Assembly (NCBI GenBank): GCA_010356995.1
Contig: ML996711.1
Coordinates: 260,518 to 317,611 of the forward strand
Length of the DNA: 57,094 bases
Reading direction: 5' to 3'
From: Trichodelitschia bisporula
Taxonomy: Eukaryota
A model generated the notes under the pieces. The model was not told the DNA's origin, did no database searches, and was given only the letters and a program-made list of their open reading frames with translations. The position numbers and the translations under genes are program-made. Shown piece by piece: positions 22,369 through 35,276 of the stretch; position 1 is the stretch's first letter; every line of letters starts with the position of its first letter.

Positions 22369-25327
22369 CCGCCTGCAAGACCAGTGCTGGTAGATTCCCG
22401 TGAGAGATATGTGGTGCAGAAAGATGGGAGTGTGGGATTCGCGAATGGAGAGCGGAAAGGACTGTCTTGGGAGGCGGAGTGTTTTCTGTTGCATGGGTGG
22501 TCGTGCCGAAGAGGGGTTCGTCCAGACGGAGAAATCGGGCTCTGGTTCCGAAGGCTCATTTGATTCAGACTCATTTTCAAAATGCTTCCTCAAGGGCTTC
22601 TTCCATCGCGTGCGGGCTTCGAGGACGGGATGGAGTGAGAGACGGCGTGCGTCGCGGATGACAGCCCGTATGCGAAGCGGGAACAATGAATGGTGCCATC
22701 TTGCGAAATGGTCTGGGAGGGAATGGAGGCCTGCGAGGGATTCAGTGCGGACATCCGGATCAGCTGCCGTCACTGTAGTGTCCTGAAGAATAGGAGTGTC
22801 CCGATTGTGTCGGTCGCTGGGTTCACTGGTGAGGCGCGGCGCGGAGGGGGGATTGGGAGGACTGATGATGCGGGGGTTGTGAATGGGGGTGAGATGCCGG
22901 CAGAAGGCTACTTCAATGGGATCAGGAAGTAGCCGGGAGTCCCGTCTGCCGGCAAGGTTCGCCTGGCGGTACGGATGTAGTAAAGCGTTGCTGCTGACAG
23001 GAACTCGGTCTGGAACTGCTGGCGATGGGAGGCTGAGATGCTTCTCCTGCAACGCGTGCTTGCTCTCGGAGATGTAGCCCGCATATTTCGAGGTCCGCTC
23101 CGGGCCCCTGCCTTAGTCGTTGACGGGATTGATATGGGTCGCGGGGCTGTCGACCCTGGTACATTGTACGGCATATTGTGGGCGAGGCTATAGGATGTAC
23201 CCGCTAGAGTAGCAGCATTTGCTTCGTCGGTCGTCGGTCGCCGCCGTCTCTGGGTCGGATGCCAGGTTTTGTCCACGGCCGATGTTGCTGGCAAGCCACT
23301 GCTGTCGCAGCAAGTACGTCGTGGACCAAGCTGACTGGCCGTGCCTCGTTCTCACTCTCCTCGATGGGGGCAATAGTACTCATTCACGGATCGGAAAATG
23401 AGGGGGGACTCCATGACCAGTTGGGAACCGACATCGTGGTCTACGGCTGGTGCCACGGTGCCGCTTGGACGGGAGTTCCAAAGGTGGATCGGGCACTGAT
23501 AATATTGGGAAGACAGCGGCTTGTCCGACAGCCGTGAGACTTCAGGACAATCCCGTACTCTGGCCGTCGGAAGAGGAGGCTGCGGAGGTGGAAGCATCCC
23601 ACCCTGGCGAGGCGGACCCCGGCCGCCACGATCACCGTCGCCGTAGTTCCGGTTACGAGCGCCGGCCTTAGGCTTCATGACGCGACCCCAAGCGTCCTTG
23701 CGCACTGTCCGCGCGTGCGTCCAGATCCCAATATCCGCGCCGCTCGAACGGCCCAGATGACATGGCTCACTCGCTTTCGACAGTTGGCGCCGTATGAACT
23801 TGGTGATGACAAAGTGATGAAGTTCGATCGATCGTGTTGCTGGTGAAGCGTTTAGGGAGTAGGAATGGACGTTAATGAAGGTGTTAACGTGGAAAGAGTG
23901 AGCTGGTGAGGGCTGACCCATACTCCCATTCCGCAAGCAGTTTCTCCGGTACGAGGGGCGGGTCGAGAGGGTGGAAGGAGGATAGGTGTGTTGAGGGGGA
24001 CATTGGTGCGGTGCATGTGGTCGCTGTGCAAGTCGGTAGAGGGAGGGCTACTCGGTCATGTACCCCCCGTCCTAGCATGTCATTGACGTAGCTCGGACTC
24101 AGGCTGTTCTCGCCTCATTCCTGAACATCTCCTTGCCACATTCGCCCGCTCACCATCTCTCAGAGAAATGCCATTCTGACGGTGTCGAAGCCGTCCTCAA
24201 GAAAAATATGAACTGGTACTTGTATCGGTCAACAGTGCGGCAGATCCATTCAACTCAACAATACGCTGAAATAGATAGATGAATGCCGAAGCTCACAGAT
24301 GCGTCAGAATGGCGGTGTGATACCGCAATGGGTTCCGTTTGATTGAATTGGGACAGAGTGTGGCGTGAGGAGCTGAAGGTGATGAATGGGGAGGGAAGAT
24401 GTGGACGACTGCGGATGTGTCTTGAGCTCCTCCGTGCCTTGGGACGAGTGGTAGTATCGGGGGGTGGTATGCGGCAGACTTGATGCTTGGTGTTGGAGTG
24501 GGGCCTTGACAAAGTACGAAGCGACTGTGATGCCGGAGTCGAAGTGGAAGGGCACCTCATTGCCGGGCTCCTCCCCTTCAGGCATGAGCTAGGGAAAGCC
24601 GCTTGGTTCGGGAACTTGGAAGATTGAAGGAGAGTTTGTAGGAGGGATATGGAGGGGATTGGTGCTCGGGATCACGGAGGGCGGCACTGTATACAGTTGA
24701 CGTTGAAGAATGTGGGTGTTGGATGGTGTCTTGGCGGAGAATGGGTTGCGACAAGGGAGTTGAGTGCGATGCGATCTGTGAACTTGACACTTTCACAGCG
24801 TACTATGACCGGGACGGTGAGGGGGGGAGGGGGGGGGGTTGACTTGAAGTTATATGCCCATTTCACACCACGCTGTCAAGTTGCTTAAATACGAGTACGA
24901 CACTCACTCGTCGATTGCTAACTTGAGTCATGGTAGATTTTGATGGCTGGAGCAAACCACTCAAAGGAGTGATTGCTTCGTGACATGACGGAGCAGATTG
25001 ACGAAGGATCCCTGTCCGCTTTATCAAGTCTTCGCATCACGGTTGGCAGTGATCTGAATCCTCGTTTCGATTGTGGCCGTTTGGATATCTGTTGGACTGC
25101 ATGGAGCAATCTCCGACGTTTGAGATAGGGAGATCTCATGATCCGAATCGGCGGCTCAGGTTAGGGTGTTTTGCCAGTAGAGGATATCTGCCGAAGGTAA
25201 GCGGCGTTGAATTGTGGAGAGCCAAATGCTAGGACGTCGCATATCGGAACATGCAATCCATGAGCTCCAATCGAGAGAGTAGAGGTCCAACAGAACATCA
25301 CTATGCGCACATCCATGTCTCTAGTTT

Positions 25328-26155
25328 TCATCTATGCACCCAGTCCGTGCGCTGATCGTCCTCTTCTTCGTTTACCGTCTTGAGCTTCGCGCCTTTGCTC
25401 TGATACCCCTCAATCGCATCCATCGCCTCGTCATCCAGAGACGGCGCTGTAGGCGGTTTGACAGCATCCTTCTCGACAACGTCAGTGACAAGACTGTCTA
25501 GCACGTCGTTGGAAGTGTCATGAAGAGACTGGATGTTTTCGAGGGCAGCTCGGAGGTGGGAGTTGTCAGACTCGAGGGGACTGGTGACCGTCGCAGGCGC
25601 CTTTGATCCAGCCTCCTTCAACTTAGCTGCATCTTCCGCCGAATCCTCACCACGAGTCCCCTTGCCCCGATCGGCTTTGTTCATTTCCACCGGCACCTCT
25701 ATCCGCGGCGCTGCCCCTGCCCTGCGCAACCACGCCGGCTCCTCGTTCAGCTGCACCTTGACGTACATTGCGCGACGGGCACACTCAGGCGAGCACCAGA
25801 GGTCCAGCGACTTTGCATCGACGACTTTTATCGTAGCCGAGGTGTTGCCAACGATGGCCCACTTCCCACGCTTTGGCGGAGGAGGCGGGTTGGGACAAAG
25901 GACCCAGGCGCAGCGCTTTGCGCAGTGGCGCTCGGTGAGGAGTTCATCGTAGTCTGAGGGCTGGAAGGGGGCGATCAGGGTTTGGAAGGAGGAGATGTCT
26001 GCGGTTGATGGGGGGCTGGAGAGCGGGTAGTCGAGGAGGGTTTCGAGGTTGGTGAAGATAAGGGATTCGATGTCCTTTTGGGCCTGGATTATGCGGGCGT
26101 GGTGCAGGGCTGTGCGGAGGTGATTCTCGTTCGGCGTGGGTATTGAGGGAGCCAT
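25328..26155 (-). CDS. RTR1: Rtr1/RPAP2-family RNA polymerase II CTD phosphatase-like zinc-finger protein
   Basis: 275-aa ORF with FQPSDYDELLTERHCAKRCAWVLC and WCSPECARRAMYVKVQL. Confidence 0.88.
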   Translation of the reverse strand: MAPSIPTPNENHLRTALHHARIIQAQKDIESLIFTNLETLLDYPLSSPPSTADISSFQTLIAPFQPSDYDELLTERHCAKRCAWVLCPNPPPPPKRGKWAIVGNTSATIKVVDAKSLDLWCSPECARRAMYVKVQLNEEPAWLRRAGAAPRIEVPVEMNKADRGKGTRGEDSAEDAAKLKEAGSKAPATVTSPLESDNSHLRAALENIQSLHDTSNDVLDSLVTDVVEKDAVKPPTAPSLDDEAMDAIEGYQSKGAKLKTVNEEEDDQRTDWVHR

Positions 26156-26793
26156 TACGGTGGTGAGAGTGAGAGTGTATAGATGTAATCAAGCGATGTA
26201 ATCAAGCGATGCAAGCTAGAATCTGAAGGAGGGGTAAGATGAAGTGGTGGAGAGCTGAAGAGGCGATGGATGGAGGCGATACCGTCATCGTGAAGTCCAA
26301 ATATGCCTCAGGTGTCAAGGCGCGTAAATTCCGCAAGGGCCAAGCGGCTCTTCTCCGGCCCAGCTCACGTTGCCAAGAACAGGAGCACAAGCCAATCCCT
26401 CTTTCTTGGCTAGTCTTGGCGCTTCGGATGTGTTACGACGACAGGCAGCGGCAACTTCAACCGTCTTTCTTCCCGTCTCGTACTCCACAGTCGTATTTGA
26501 GCCACGACATGTCCGTTTCTGGTGCAAGGGGAAGTAACCACACTGTCTCTGCTGTCTTGTAGCTTTGGAGAGGTATTTGCCACGATCTTTGGGTCTCTCT
26601 CGTGGGAAGGAGCTTGCTGACTGAACAAGTCGTAGCAACCCCCCCATCTGCCCCGCCAAACTCAAACGCCTCCAGCTTCCAACCTCTACCCTATCCAACC
26701 ACTCCACCTCCGCACTCCAACCCCGGCAAATCACCACATAATCCTTACAGCTGTACAACTTCATCTACAACTACTTGTACTCCCCATTGCGTC

Positions 26794-29700
26794 ATGGCTG
26801 TGTCGCCTTTCAAGGTCAAGGCCATCTACGCCTACACCTCCGAGCATGAGGATGACCTCCCCTTCGAAGTCGGGCAGATCATCACCGTGACGGAGGAAGA
26901 GGATGCCGAATGGTACATTGGCGAGTTCACGGCTGGAGGAACCTTTCATTCAGGCCTCTTCCCTAAGAACTTCGTCGAGCGCTACGAGCCGGCCCCGCCT
27001 CCACGTCCAGTGCGTGCCCCGCGGCCCAAACCTGTCGATCCGCCGTCTGCCGCCACGGAGCCTCCAGCGGTCGCGACACCGAAGTCGGAACACGCGGATC
27101 CTGTGCCATCGGTTTCATCCCCTCCGGTGCGAGAGTCTACCCCCGAGAAACCCGCAGCGTCTCCGGAATTGCCCGCGTCTAAGCCGTCGGAGTCCCCCGA
27201 ACCTGCGCCCAAGGCTGTGTCTAGCCCGGAACCTGTCCCCAAGCTACCGTCGCCGACCAAGCCCAAGGTTGCATCAGTGGTGGAAACTCGGCCTCCTCCT
27301 GCTCAGGCACCTCCACCCACGGAAAGTAATCCTGCGGCTGCGTCACCGACAGAAGCTCGGCCACCGCCGGCTAAGGTATTCCCTGTCGTGGAGAGCAAGC
27401 CCAAACCCCCTGTAGAAAAGAAAGAAATGGCCAAATCTCCCCCAGGCAAAGCTCCGCCTCCCGTGGCTGAGAAGCCGAGCTCGTTCCGCGACCGCATCGC
27501 CGCCTTCAACAAGACGTCAGCTCCGCCAATCGCACCGTTCAAGCCGAGCGGCCTTGCTACCACAAACTTCATCAAAAAGCCGTTTGTTGCGCCTCCACCG
27601 GCACGCAACGCTTACGTGCCTCCGCCTCGCGAGCCGCCGCCGCAGAAGCTGTACCGCCGCGACGAGGATCCCGAGATTGCGGAGCGCCGGGCTCAAGACC
27701 AGGAAAATGCCGAAAAGGCTGGGATGGCTGCCGAGGAGGACGCACCCAAAATGAGCCTCAAGGAGCGCATTGCTGCTCTCCAGAAGCAGCAGGCGGAGCA
27801 GGCAGCACGCAGGACAGAAACAACGCACAAGGAGAAGCCGAAGCGCCCACCTAAGAAGCGCCTCGAGTCGCATGACACGGACGCATCCGCACGTGGCAGT
27901 TTCGACGCGGATGAGCCGCCGCGCGAATCCTTGGATACACGTCGTCCACCCAAGACCCCGGACGTCGCGCCTCGCGAGCGTGAAATTTTCAGCGATGCCA
28001 ACGACGCCGATCAGTCCGCTGCTGGTGAAACGACGGAGGATGCCGAGGGTTCGACGGGTGTCGAAGATGAGGAGCACAAGGAGCACAAGCCGGCCCCAGC
28101 CGTCCAGCCGGATGTTGGCGAGGAAGAAGACTCAACCGAGGGCGAAGGCGAGGACGAAATGGACGAGGAGACAAGACGCCAGCTCGCGATTCGCGAGCGC
28201 ATGGCTAAGCTCAGCGGCGGCATGGGTCTCGCGGGTGTGTTTGGCCCCCCTGGCGGCATTCCGATGCCGGGCGTTGCCGGCAATTACAAGAAGAAGCCAC
28301 CGAAGCCGTCGTCCAAGGAGGAGGAGCCACCACCGCCGCAGCAACGCGTACCGATGATCCCGATTCCTGGTATGGGCCGCCCTGTAAGCCCTACCTCGGA
28401 AGCCACCGTCACAAAAGAGGAATCTGCGTACGACGGCCCCTCAGACGAGATTGGAGAACTCGAGGACCTCATCCCGACGTCGCCGTCCCGCACCGAAGGT
28501 ATTTATACTCGTTTCATTCGTAGCATTTTTTCAGCTGTCCGCATTAGTGGCCTTTTTGTCGCGTGGCATTTTGGTAGTTGTTCTCAGTGTGCGCTTTGAC
28601 ATGTGGCTGACGTCCAGGCCCGCCATTACCAGGTGACAAACCCACTCCCAAACTCCCGAGCAGACCGACGAGCATGGCAGAAGGTATGTTTTGGTAGTCA
28701 TTTCGCTGTACACTCAATAACCAACAGTGCCTCCACCTCCTGCCGTCCGCTCCCCAAGCCCCGGCTCAGTGTCCGATGACGAGGCGTCGGCCGCTCCGGG
28801 CGCTTTTCCGCTCGATTCACCGACCCCTACAGAGGAGAAACGCCCGCCCGTGCCGATAACCAGCCCTCCGATGAGTCCGACGCAGGCACGGCCGCCCCCT
28901 CCACCTCCACCAGCCGCTCCACCCCATCGGCATTCACTCACCAAGGAGGCACTACAGCGTCGGATCGTTGGCACGAATGCCGGCGAAAGCGAGTATGAAG
29001 GTGATTACGACACTGACATTGCGTCCGGCGCGAAGCACAAGGATGCCCTAAAGGCTCATGCGCGCGAGGCGAGCCTGGATGACAGCATCACGACTGAGGA
29101 CTTACCCATCCGTGGACCGCCTCCGCTTCCCCCTACGCTGCCGCCCGTAACTTCGCCCACGCTGCCGCGCGCTGTGCCTCCACCACCTCCAGCACCAACG
29201 ACGCAACCGAGGAAGTCGGGTGAAGCTCCGCGGCCGCCAATCCCTCGGGACGCAGCCGAGGACGACGAGTACGACCCGTACAGATACGCTGGCCCTGGAG
29301 CTGCTCCGCCCGCACCGCCAACTCCTTCCGCGCCACCACCTCTCCCAGCATCATCGTCTCGTCCCCCTGCCCCACGGCGTGCTCCAACGGCTCCTGTCCC
29401 GCCAATTCCTGCCCCTGCCGCGCAGCAAGATTCACCCAGCGATGATGACGATGACCTCTACGCTGCACCCCCACCGCGAAGATCGACCGATCGGCCACCG
29501 CCTCCTCCCGCTCCGTCTGGTCCGCCGCCGAAACACGGCGCCCCACCACCGCCCATTTCCTTGCAATCACCTACCGCAACTGCACCACCTCCACCACCCG
29601 GCCGGCCGCGTCCATCAGTCGACGATTCCAGGCCTGAGAGGCCGTCTTTTGCAGGACCGCCGCCGCGCATGTCATCGGACGTCGGTCGCGCGCCAACAGA

Positions 29701-30478
29701 CACGGGCTACATTGCTCATGACGTCGACCTGGCCAGGTCAAGCTTGTGGTGGACGCAGCCGAATACGCCACCGCCGGTATTTTCAGGCCGCAAAGACGTG
29801 CTATTCGAAATGGAAGAGTCGACATCGTCCAAGCGTGGGGGCAAGACGACGATCGCCAAGGACGTATATGTGCTGTTCCAGGACTACAGCCAGACAGTAA
29901 TCAGCGTGCGGTACGACGCACGCAACCCGAGCGACGCAACGTTGGATCAGCGACACGAGCCTCCACCGCCCAAGGCGCGCCAGGATCAGCTCGAGGCGGC
30001 TCACGAACAGTATGGCAGTCGGATCGCAGAGGACGTGCAGAAGCTGCATAACACGGTTGTTGGGGACGGAACCCCGCAGGCGCTGATTACTGAGCTGCTG
30101 AAGCCGCTGTCAACGGCCCTCAGCCCCGTGGGGACGCGCGCGTACGGTGCGCTCGTGTATGCGAACATGGGCAATGCGAGCGTGCAGCAGTGGGACGAGA
30201 TCCGCGCGGGAGACATTATCAGCTTCCGCAACGCGAAGTTCCAGGGCAAGCATGGGACTATGCATGCGAAGTACACGGCGGAAGTAGGTAAGCCGGACCA
30301 CGTTGGCGTGGTGGCGGAGTGGGATGGCACGAAGAAGAAGGTGAGGGCGTGGGATCAAGGACGGGAAAGCCGTAAGGTGAAGAGCGAGGGGTTCCGGCTG
30401 GGAGATTTGCGCAGTGGTGAGGTTCGAGTTTGGAGGGTTGTGGGGAGGGGATGGGTTGGTTGGGAGGGTGAGGCTTGA
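26794..30478 (+). CDS. BBC1: Bbc1/Mti1-like SH3 and proline-rich actin-patch protein
   Basis: N-terminal SH3 (FKVKAIYAY..DDLPFEVGQII..EW..GLFPKNFVE), SFRDRIAAFN, SLKERIAALQ, RERMAKLSG and C-terminal DEIRAGDI..HVGVVAEWDGTKKKV..DLRSGEV. Exons 26794-28498, 28618-28683, 28728-30478 are in phase. Confidence 0.9.
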
Positions 30479-30927
30479 TTGAATCATGGGGGATGTAGAT
30501 TTAGCGTGTTGTTTGGGGTGGCTGGAATGGATTCTTTGTTTTGTGTCTCCCCGCTTCTTGTACTTTGCGACTGGCACTTGGTGATAATGGAGACATGATG
30601 CTGATAGCTCTTGCTGTTTGGTTTTAATCCGTACAGTGCCTGTGGTTCTGTCTTTCCCCATCGGGGATGTTGACTGTTGTCGTCCATTTAAGCGATGTCT
30701 TAGCGCGCCGGCGCACGCGCCTGCAGCTAAAGGGGTGGCAAGGGGGCCGTGACTCGGCCAAGGGCGGGCAAACATTTCCACTGCAACACCAAACACCAGC
30801 CCTGTAGCCTGACATCACCACTACGCCGATAGCACACACGCTAGTATCCGCCAACACAGTGTCGTACAGCAAACATCAGCTATAACATACCTAAGTCAGC
30901 GCATGCGACTTTCTTGGCGCAGTCACA

Positions 30928-33900
30928 ATGAGCGCCTTCCCCCGCGCGTCGCCCCGCCCCGAGCAGCGCGACCGCGACCATGACCGGGCAGAATCACGCA
31001 CCCGCTCCCCGCGCGCTTCGTACACGGAAACGCGCTCGCCCCTCGCCTCGCCCCGCCTGCATCCTTCGTCTCCACGCAATATTTCGACGCCCCGCATCGA
31101 TACTACGGCTGCCAGCAGACCGGGCACCGCGCTTGCCTCGCCGCACAACAAATCGCCGCATCTGAGCACGCCTCTGCGCCGGTGCAGCTCGAGTCTGAGT
31201 ACGTCGCCTCGTCGCGCCAGTTCGCCTACATTGCTGCGCAAGGCGAGTATGAATAGTTTGCGCAGTGCGCCGGCGAGTCCGCATCTGAGTACGCGGAGGA
31301 GCAGTTCGAGTCTGCTTAATGGTGGACTTCCGGCCGTCGAAGAGCCCCTGACCGGCACGAGCGTTGCAAGGGAGTACTTCAGTTCCGTGCTCCAACCACC
31401 CATTGCGGACCCCTCGAATCTCCCCAAGGACGAAACCGAAGTTGTCGTCATCCTCAACGACGCCTGCTACGACCACCGCTACGCCCGCCCCAAAACATCC
31501 AAAGCCACACTCTCCATGATCGTCGAGCGCCCAGAACGCCTCCGTGCAGTCGCCGCCGGTGTAGCAGCAGCCTACGTCCTCCTCGGTGGGCACCACGCGG
31601 ACGGCTCCCGCCCCCCGCGCCTGAACACCCGTGCTGCGGGACCCTTTGCTATCCGCCGCACGGAGCGGAGTCTCAGCCTCACGGACCCGGTCGTTGAAGC
31701 CGTCCACGGCGCCGGGTGGATGGCCGAGTTAGCCGGGCTGTGTTCCTCAGCCGAGACGCGCCTGGCCAGCGGGGGTCGCGAACTGGAGCGCGCGCCTGGG
31801 GCGCCGAAATTGCACTCCGGGGACTTGTACCTATGTGGGAAGTCGCGGGGTGCGTTTGAGGGAGCCCTTGGTGCGGTGGCTGATGCCGTGGATGCGGTGT
31901 TTACGGAGGGTCGGGTGCGGAAGGCGTTTGTGGCTGCGAGACCGCCGGGGCATCATTGTGGTGTGGATGAGCCGAGTGGGTTTTGCTGGGTGAATAATGT
32001 GTGCGTTGGCGTGGAGTATGCGGCGAGGAAGTGGGGTGCTACGGCGGCTGCGATCTTGGATTTCGATTTGCACCATGGGGACGGGAGTCAGACTGTCGCT
32101 TGGGGGCGGAATGAGCGCGCGAATGCGTCGGGGGGAAAGAAGAAGGGGCCGCAAGTGGCGCCGGTGGGATACTTCTCCTTGCATGACATCAACAGTTATC
32201 CGTGCGAGATGGGCGACGCGGACAAAGTGCGCGCGGCGAGCTTGTGCATCGCCAATGCCCACGGGCAGAGCGTCTGGAATGTACACCTCCAGCCCTGGAC
32301 CCAGGAGGCTGATTTCTGGCAACTATACGAAGGGCGCTACACCGCGCTTCTCGACCAGGCGCGCGCGTTTCTGCACCACCAGGCGCAGCGCGCGAGGGCG
32401 CTGGGCGTCCAGCCGCGCACGCTGCTTTTTTTGTCAGCGGGGTTCGATGCGAGCGAGCATGAGGGTGCGGGGATGCAGCGGCATGCAGTTAATGTGCCGA
32501 GTGGGTTTTATGCGAGGTTTACGGCGGATGTGGGGAGGTTGGCGGACGAGGAGGGGTTAGGGGTTGGTGGGCGTGTGGTTAGTGTGCTGGAAGGGGGGTA
32601 TAGCGATGAGGCGCTTGTGAGCGGCACGTTGGCGCATATCGCGGGCCTCGTGAGCGGCGGCGGGGGGTTGATCAAGGAGGAGGACGAAGAAGAGGCTTCC
32701 CGGCTCGGTGCGCTCGTCGCTGGGCTCTCCATCACCACCCCTACTCCATCACCCGCCTCTACAACACCCTACAACCCCACCTGGACATCCCACCCCCAAC
32801 TGTCAACCCTCGTCTCCCTCCTCCACCCCCCCTCCCCCGCCGTCACCGGACCAACCAAAAAGCGCTCCACAGCCTTCTCCCCCACCGCCTCCAGCACCCT
32901 GAAACAAATCGACCCCTCCTCCCTCCGCCGCCCCTCCCCGCACCGCTCCTCCTCGCGCCCGCCCTCACCGCCTCCTCCGCGGGTGGAGTGGCACGAAGCC
33001 GTGGGGGCGGTACTCGAGCACTTGGTTCCGCGGAGTGGAGGGCGGAGTTATGAGGCTGCCGAGCTAGCGGTTGCGAAACATCCGCCCATGCCCGCGCCAC
33101 CGAGGGAAACGAATCCGGGCGGCCGCACACTCCGGACACGCGCCCCGAAGGTGGCGTCCCCCCCTCCGCCGGTAGCGCGAGGGCGCGCGGCTGCAGGTGC
33201 TGATAGGAGACGCACCATTGCTGCTGTGCCGAGTGATGCCCCTGCCCCTGTGCCCGCCGCGAAGGGTCGGAGACTGAGTATCGCTAGCATCGGGAGCACG
33301 GCTAGTACAGCTGCCACCCCTGTGAGCGGGGTGAGAGGGAAGAAACCCACCCCGCCTGCTACTGCTGGGGCGGCGAAGAAACCGGCTCCCCGCGTTAGTG
33401 CGGGCCGGGCGGTGAGTGCGAGTGTGCCTGGGAGTAGGGGGGGGAGTGTAGCGCCTGTAACGGCGGCGGTGAGGCCGAGTACGAGTGGGACGGGTGCTGC
33501 GGGGAAAGTCAATGGGAAGGCGGGGGAGGGGGAGACGGTGGTTAAGGGGGAGGGGGGAGCGGGCGGTGTGGATGATTTGACGGCGGGGATTAAGAGGATT
33601 AAGATTCGGGTACCGACGGATGAGGAGTATGCGGCAAGGCTGGCGGCGAAGAAGGGGACGACGAAGGCTTCCACAACGAAGCCTGCTGCGAAACCGGCTG
33701 CGAAGACGGCGGCCAAACCGGCTGCTAAGAAACCGGTTGCGAAGGCGGCGGTGAAGAGTGAGGTTTCGGTCCCGGTCCCGGCTCTGGTTAAGGCTGAGGC
33801 TGAGGCCCAGCCGGGTGCTGGCTCGGGTATGCCTGCGCCGTCCCATCCCGTGGTTGCGATCAAGGCGGAGCCGAGTCCCGACCCGCCAGCTTACCGACCT

Positions 33901-34398
33901 GCTGCACAAGCCTATCCGCCACCGCAACCGGTACAGCAAGCATACCCGCCCCTCCAACCCGCTCCACAAGCCTACCCGCCCCTCCAACCCGCCCCACAGG
34001 CATACACTCACCCGGCCTTCGGCCAGCCTGCTTTCCAACCCCAGGCCCCACAGGTGCATGGGGGGTATCCGCAGTTTCACCACCCGCAGCCGTATCATGG
34101 CCACCAGCCGCCGCCTGCACAAGTTCAAGCGCAACCGCAAGCGCTGGCTGGGATTGAAGCTGCGGCGCAGGGGTATCCGGCGCTGCAACCGCACATGCAA
34201 CTGCACCCCCAACCTCAATCGCAACCGCAGCAGCAAACTGGACAGCCGCTCAACTGGGCTCCTGTGAACGAAGGTGTGCCTCCAGCGATGTCTCCCGGCC
34301 GCGTTCCGCCGGTGTTTACGAGTCGGGGGTTTATTCCGTTTGCTGGGGGGGTCGTTGCGCGGCCTGCCTCGCGGGCGGAAGGGGAGGGCGGGTCGTAG
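30928..34398 (+). CDS. HOS3: Hos3-type histone deacetylase (1156 aa)
   Basis: IVERPERL, RPPGHHC, PSGFCWVNNV, DFDLHHGDGSQ, SLHDINSYPCE, SAGFDASEHE..MQRH, VLEGGYSD. Confidence 0.94.
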   Translation: MSAFPRASPRPEQRDRDHDRAESRTRSPRASYTETRSPLASPRLHPSSPRNISTPRIDTTAASRPGTALASPHNKSPHLSTPLRRCSSSLSTSPRRASSPTLLRKASMNSLRSAPASPHLSTRRSSSSLLNGGLPAVEEPLTGTSVAREYFSSVLQPPIADPSNLPKDETEVVVILNDACYDHRYARPKTSKATLSMIVERPERLRAVAAGVAAAYVLLGGHHADGSRPPRLNTRAAGPFAIRRTERSLSLTDPVVEAVHGAGWMAELAGLCSSAETRLASGGRELERAPGAPKLHSGDLYLCGKSRGAFEGALGAVADAVDAVFTEGRVRKAFVAARPPGHHCGVDEPSGFCWVNNVCVGVEYAARKWGATAAAILDFDLHHGDGSQTVAWGRNERANASGGKKKGPQVAPVGYFSLHDINSYPCEMGDADKVRAASLCIANAHGQSVWNVHLQPWTQEADFWQLYEGRYTALLDQARAFLHHQAQRARALGVQPRTLLFLSAGFDASEHEGAGMQRHAVNVPSGFYARFTADVGRLADEEGLGVGGRVVSVLEGGYSDEALVSGTLAHIAGLVSGGGGLIKEEDEEEASRLGALVAGLSITTPTPSPASTTPYNPTWTSHPQLSTLVSLLHPPSPAVTGPTKKRSTAFSPTASSTLKQIDPSSLRRPSPHRSSSRPPSPPPPRVEWHEAVGAVLEHLVPRSGGRSYEAAELAVAKHPPMPAPPRETNPGGRTLRTRAPKVASPPPPVARGRAAAGADRRRTIAAVPSDAPAPVPAAKGRRLSIASIGSTASTAATPVSGVRGKKPTPPATAGAAKKPAPRVSAGRAVSASVPGSRGGSVAPVTAAVRPSTSGTGAAGKVNGKAGEGETVVKGEGGAGGVDDLTAGIKRIKIRVPTDEEYAARLAAKKGTTKASTTKPAAKPAAKTAAKPAAKKPVAKAAVKSEVSVPVPALVKAEAEAQPGAGSGMPAPSHPVVAIKAEPSPDPPAYRPAAQAYPPPQPVQQAYPPLQPAPQAYPPLQPAPQAYTHPAFGQPAFQPQAPQVHGGYPQFHHPQPYHGHQPPPAQVQAQPQALAGIEAAAQGYPALQPHMQLHPQPQSQPQQQTGQPLNWAPVNEGVPPAMSPGRVPPVFTSRGFIPFAGGVVARPASRAEGEGGS

Positions 34399-35276
34399 GA
34401 CCCTGGTGTGGAGATTGTGGGGATTGTGGAGTTGGAGTAGGAGCTCAGGGCGAGGAATGCGGAGTGTGGGCGTAGGGTTGGTGTTTTTCTTTGAGTTCTC
34501 TTCTGCTGAGTGTATTCTGTTTTCTGCGTTTTGCTTTGGGTCTGGTGGGCAGGATGGGTTGGGAGTCGGTGGGTGGGAATGGGGTCGGTTTGCTTCTGTG
34601 CGCGTATTGCGTATGCTTTCGAGGGGTGTAGTTTACTTTGTTGGAATGATAAGGATGCTTGAGTCCATGCCTTCCTGCCCGTTATCATGACCCAAACCCG
34701 AGCATATCCATTTCCCATCCTCACCACCACCGAATTACCAACGGAGAAGGTGAAGGGGCTCGTTAAGCCGGAAGAATAAACCTGTACACTCCAAGGTTTG
34801 AATCATACGCATTACTAAATCATCAGTAGTAAAGCCGCTATGAGCGTGCGGTTTGAAAGCCCTTCAGCTCATCAACAGTTCCATATACAGTATTGTTCTA
34901 CCACTTGCTCTGCTCCGCATATGTAGTTGTTAGAATGTGTTGAGCGGTGTCAATTCCTTCCATCTACAGTATCTAGTCTAGCGAAACACATTTAGTCGTC
35001 AGATTTGTTACCAAAATTTTGAGATGCCTTTGTCCCCCGTTCATATCCACATTGAACTGATATGTGCGGCTCTATCCCCTTGTTGTAAATTTTTTTTTTT
35101 AACATGGCGCGAAACCTGCGCTGTCTTCAGGTCCGCTACCCGAGATCGTGCTTTGGCGCCCACCAAACCGTGAATTCTCAACCACTCCGCAAAAGGTTTT
35201 ACATCCTGGGGCGCCTGGATCCACATGCGACACGCAGAAATTTGGCAAAAAGTGAAGCTCGCAACATCACATTCAC

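Noticed and set aside
34740..35110. AT-richer patch with a T-run beside the tRNA, possible solo LTR or retroelement tail
   Set aside because: No paired termini, target-site duplication or coding remnant seen.
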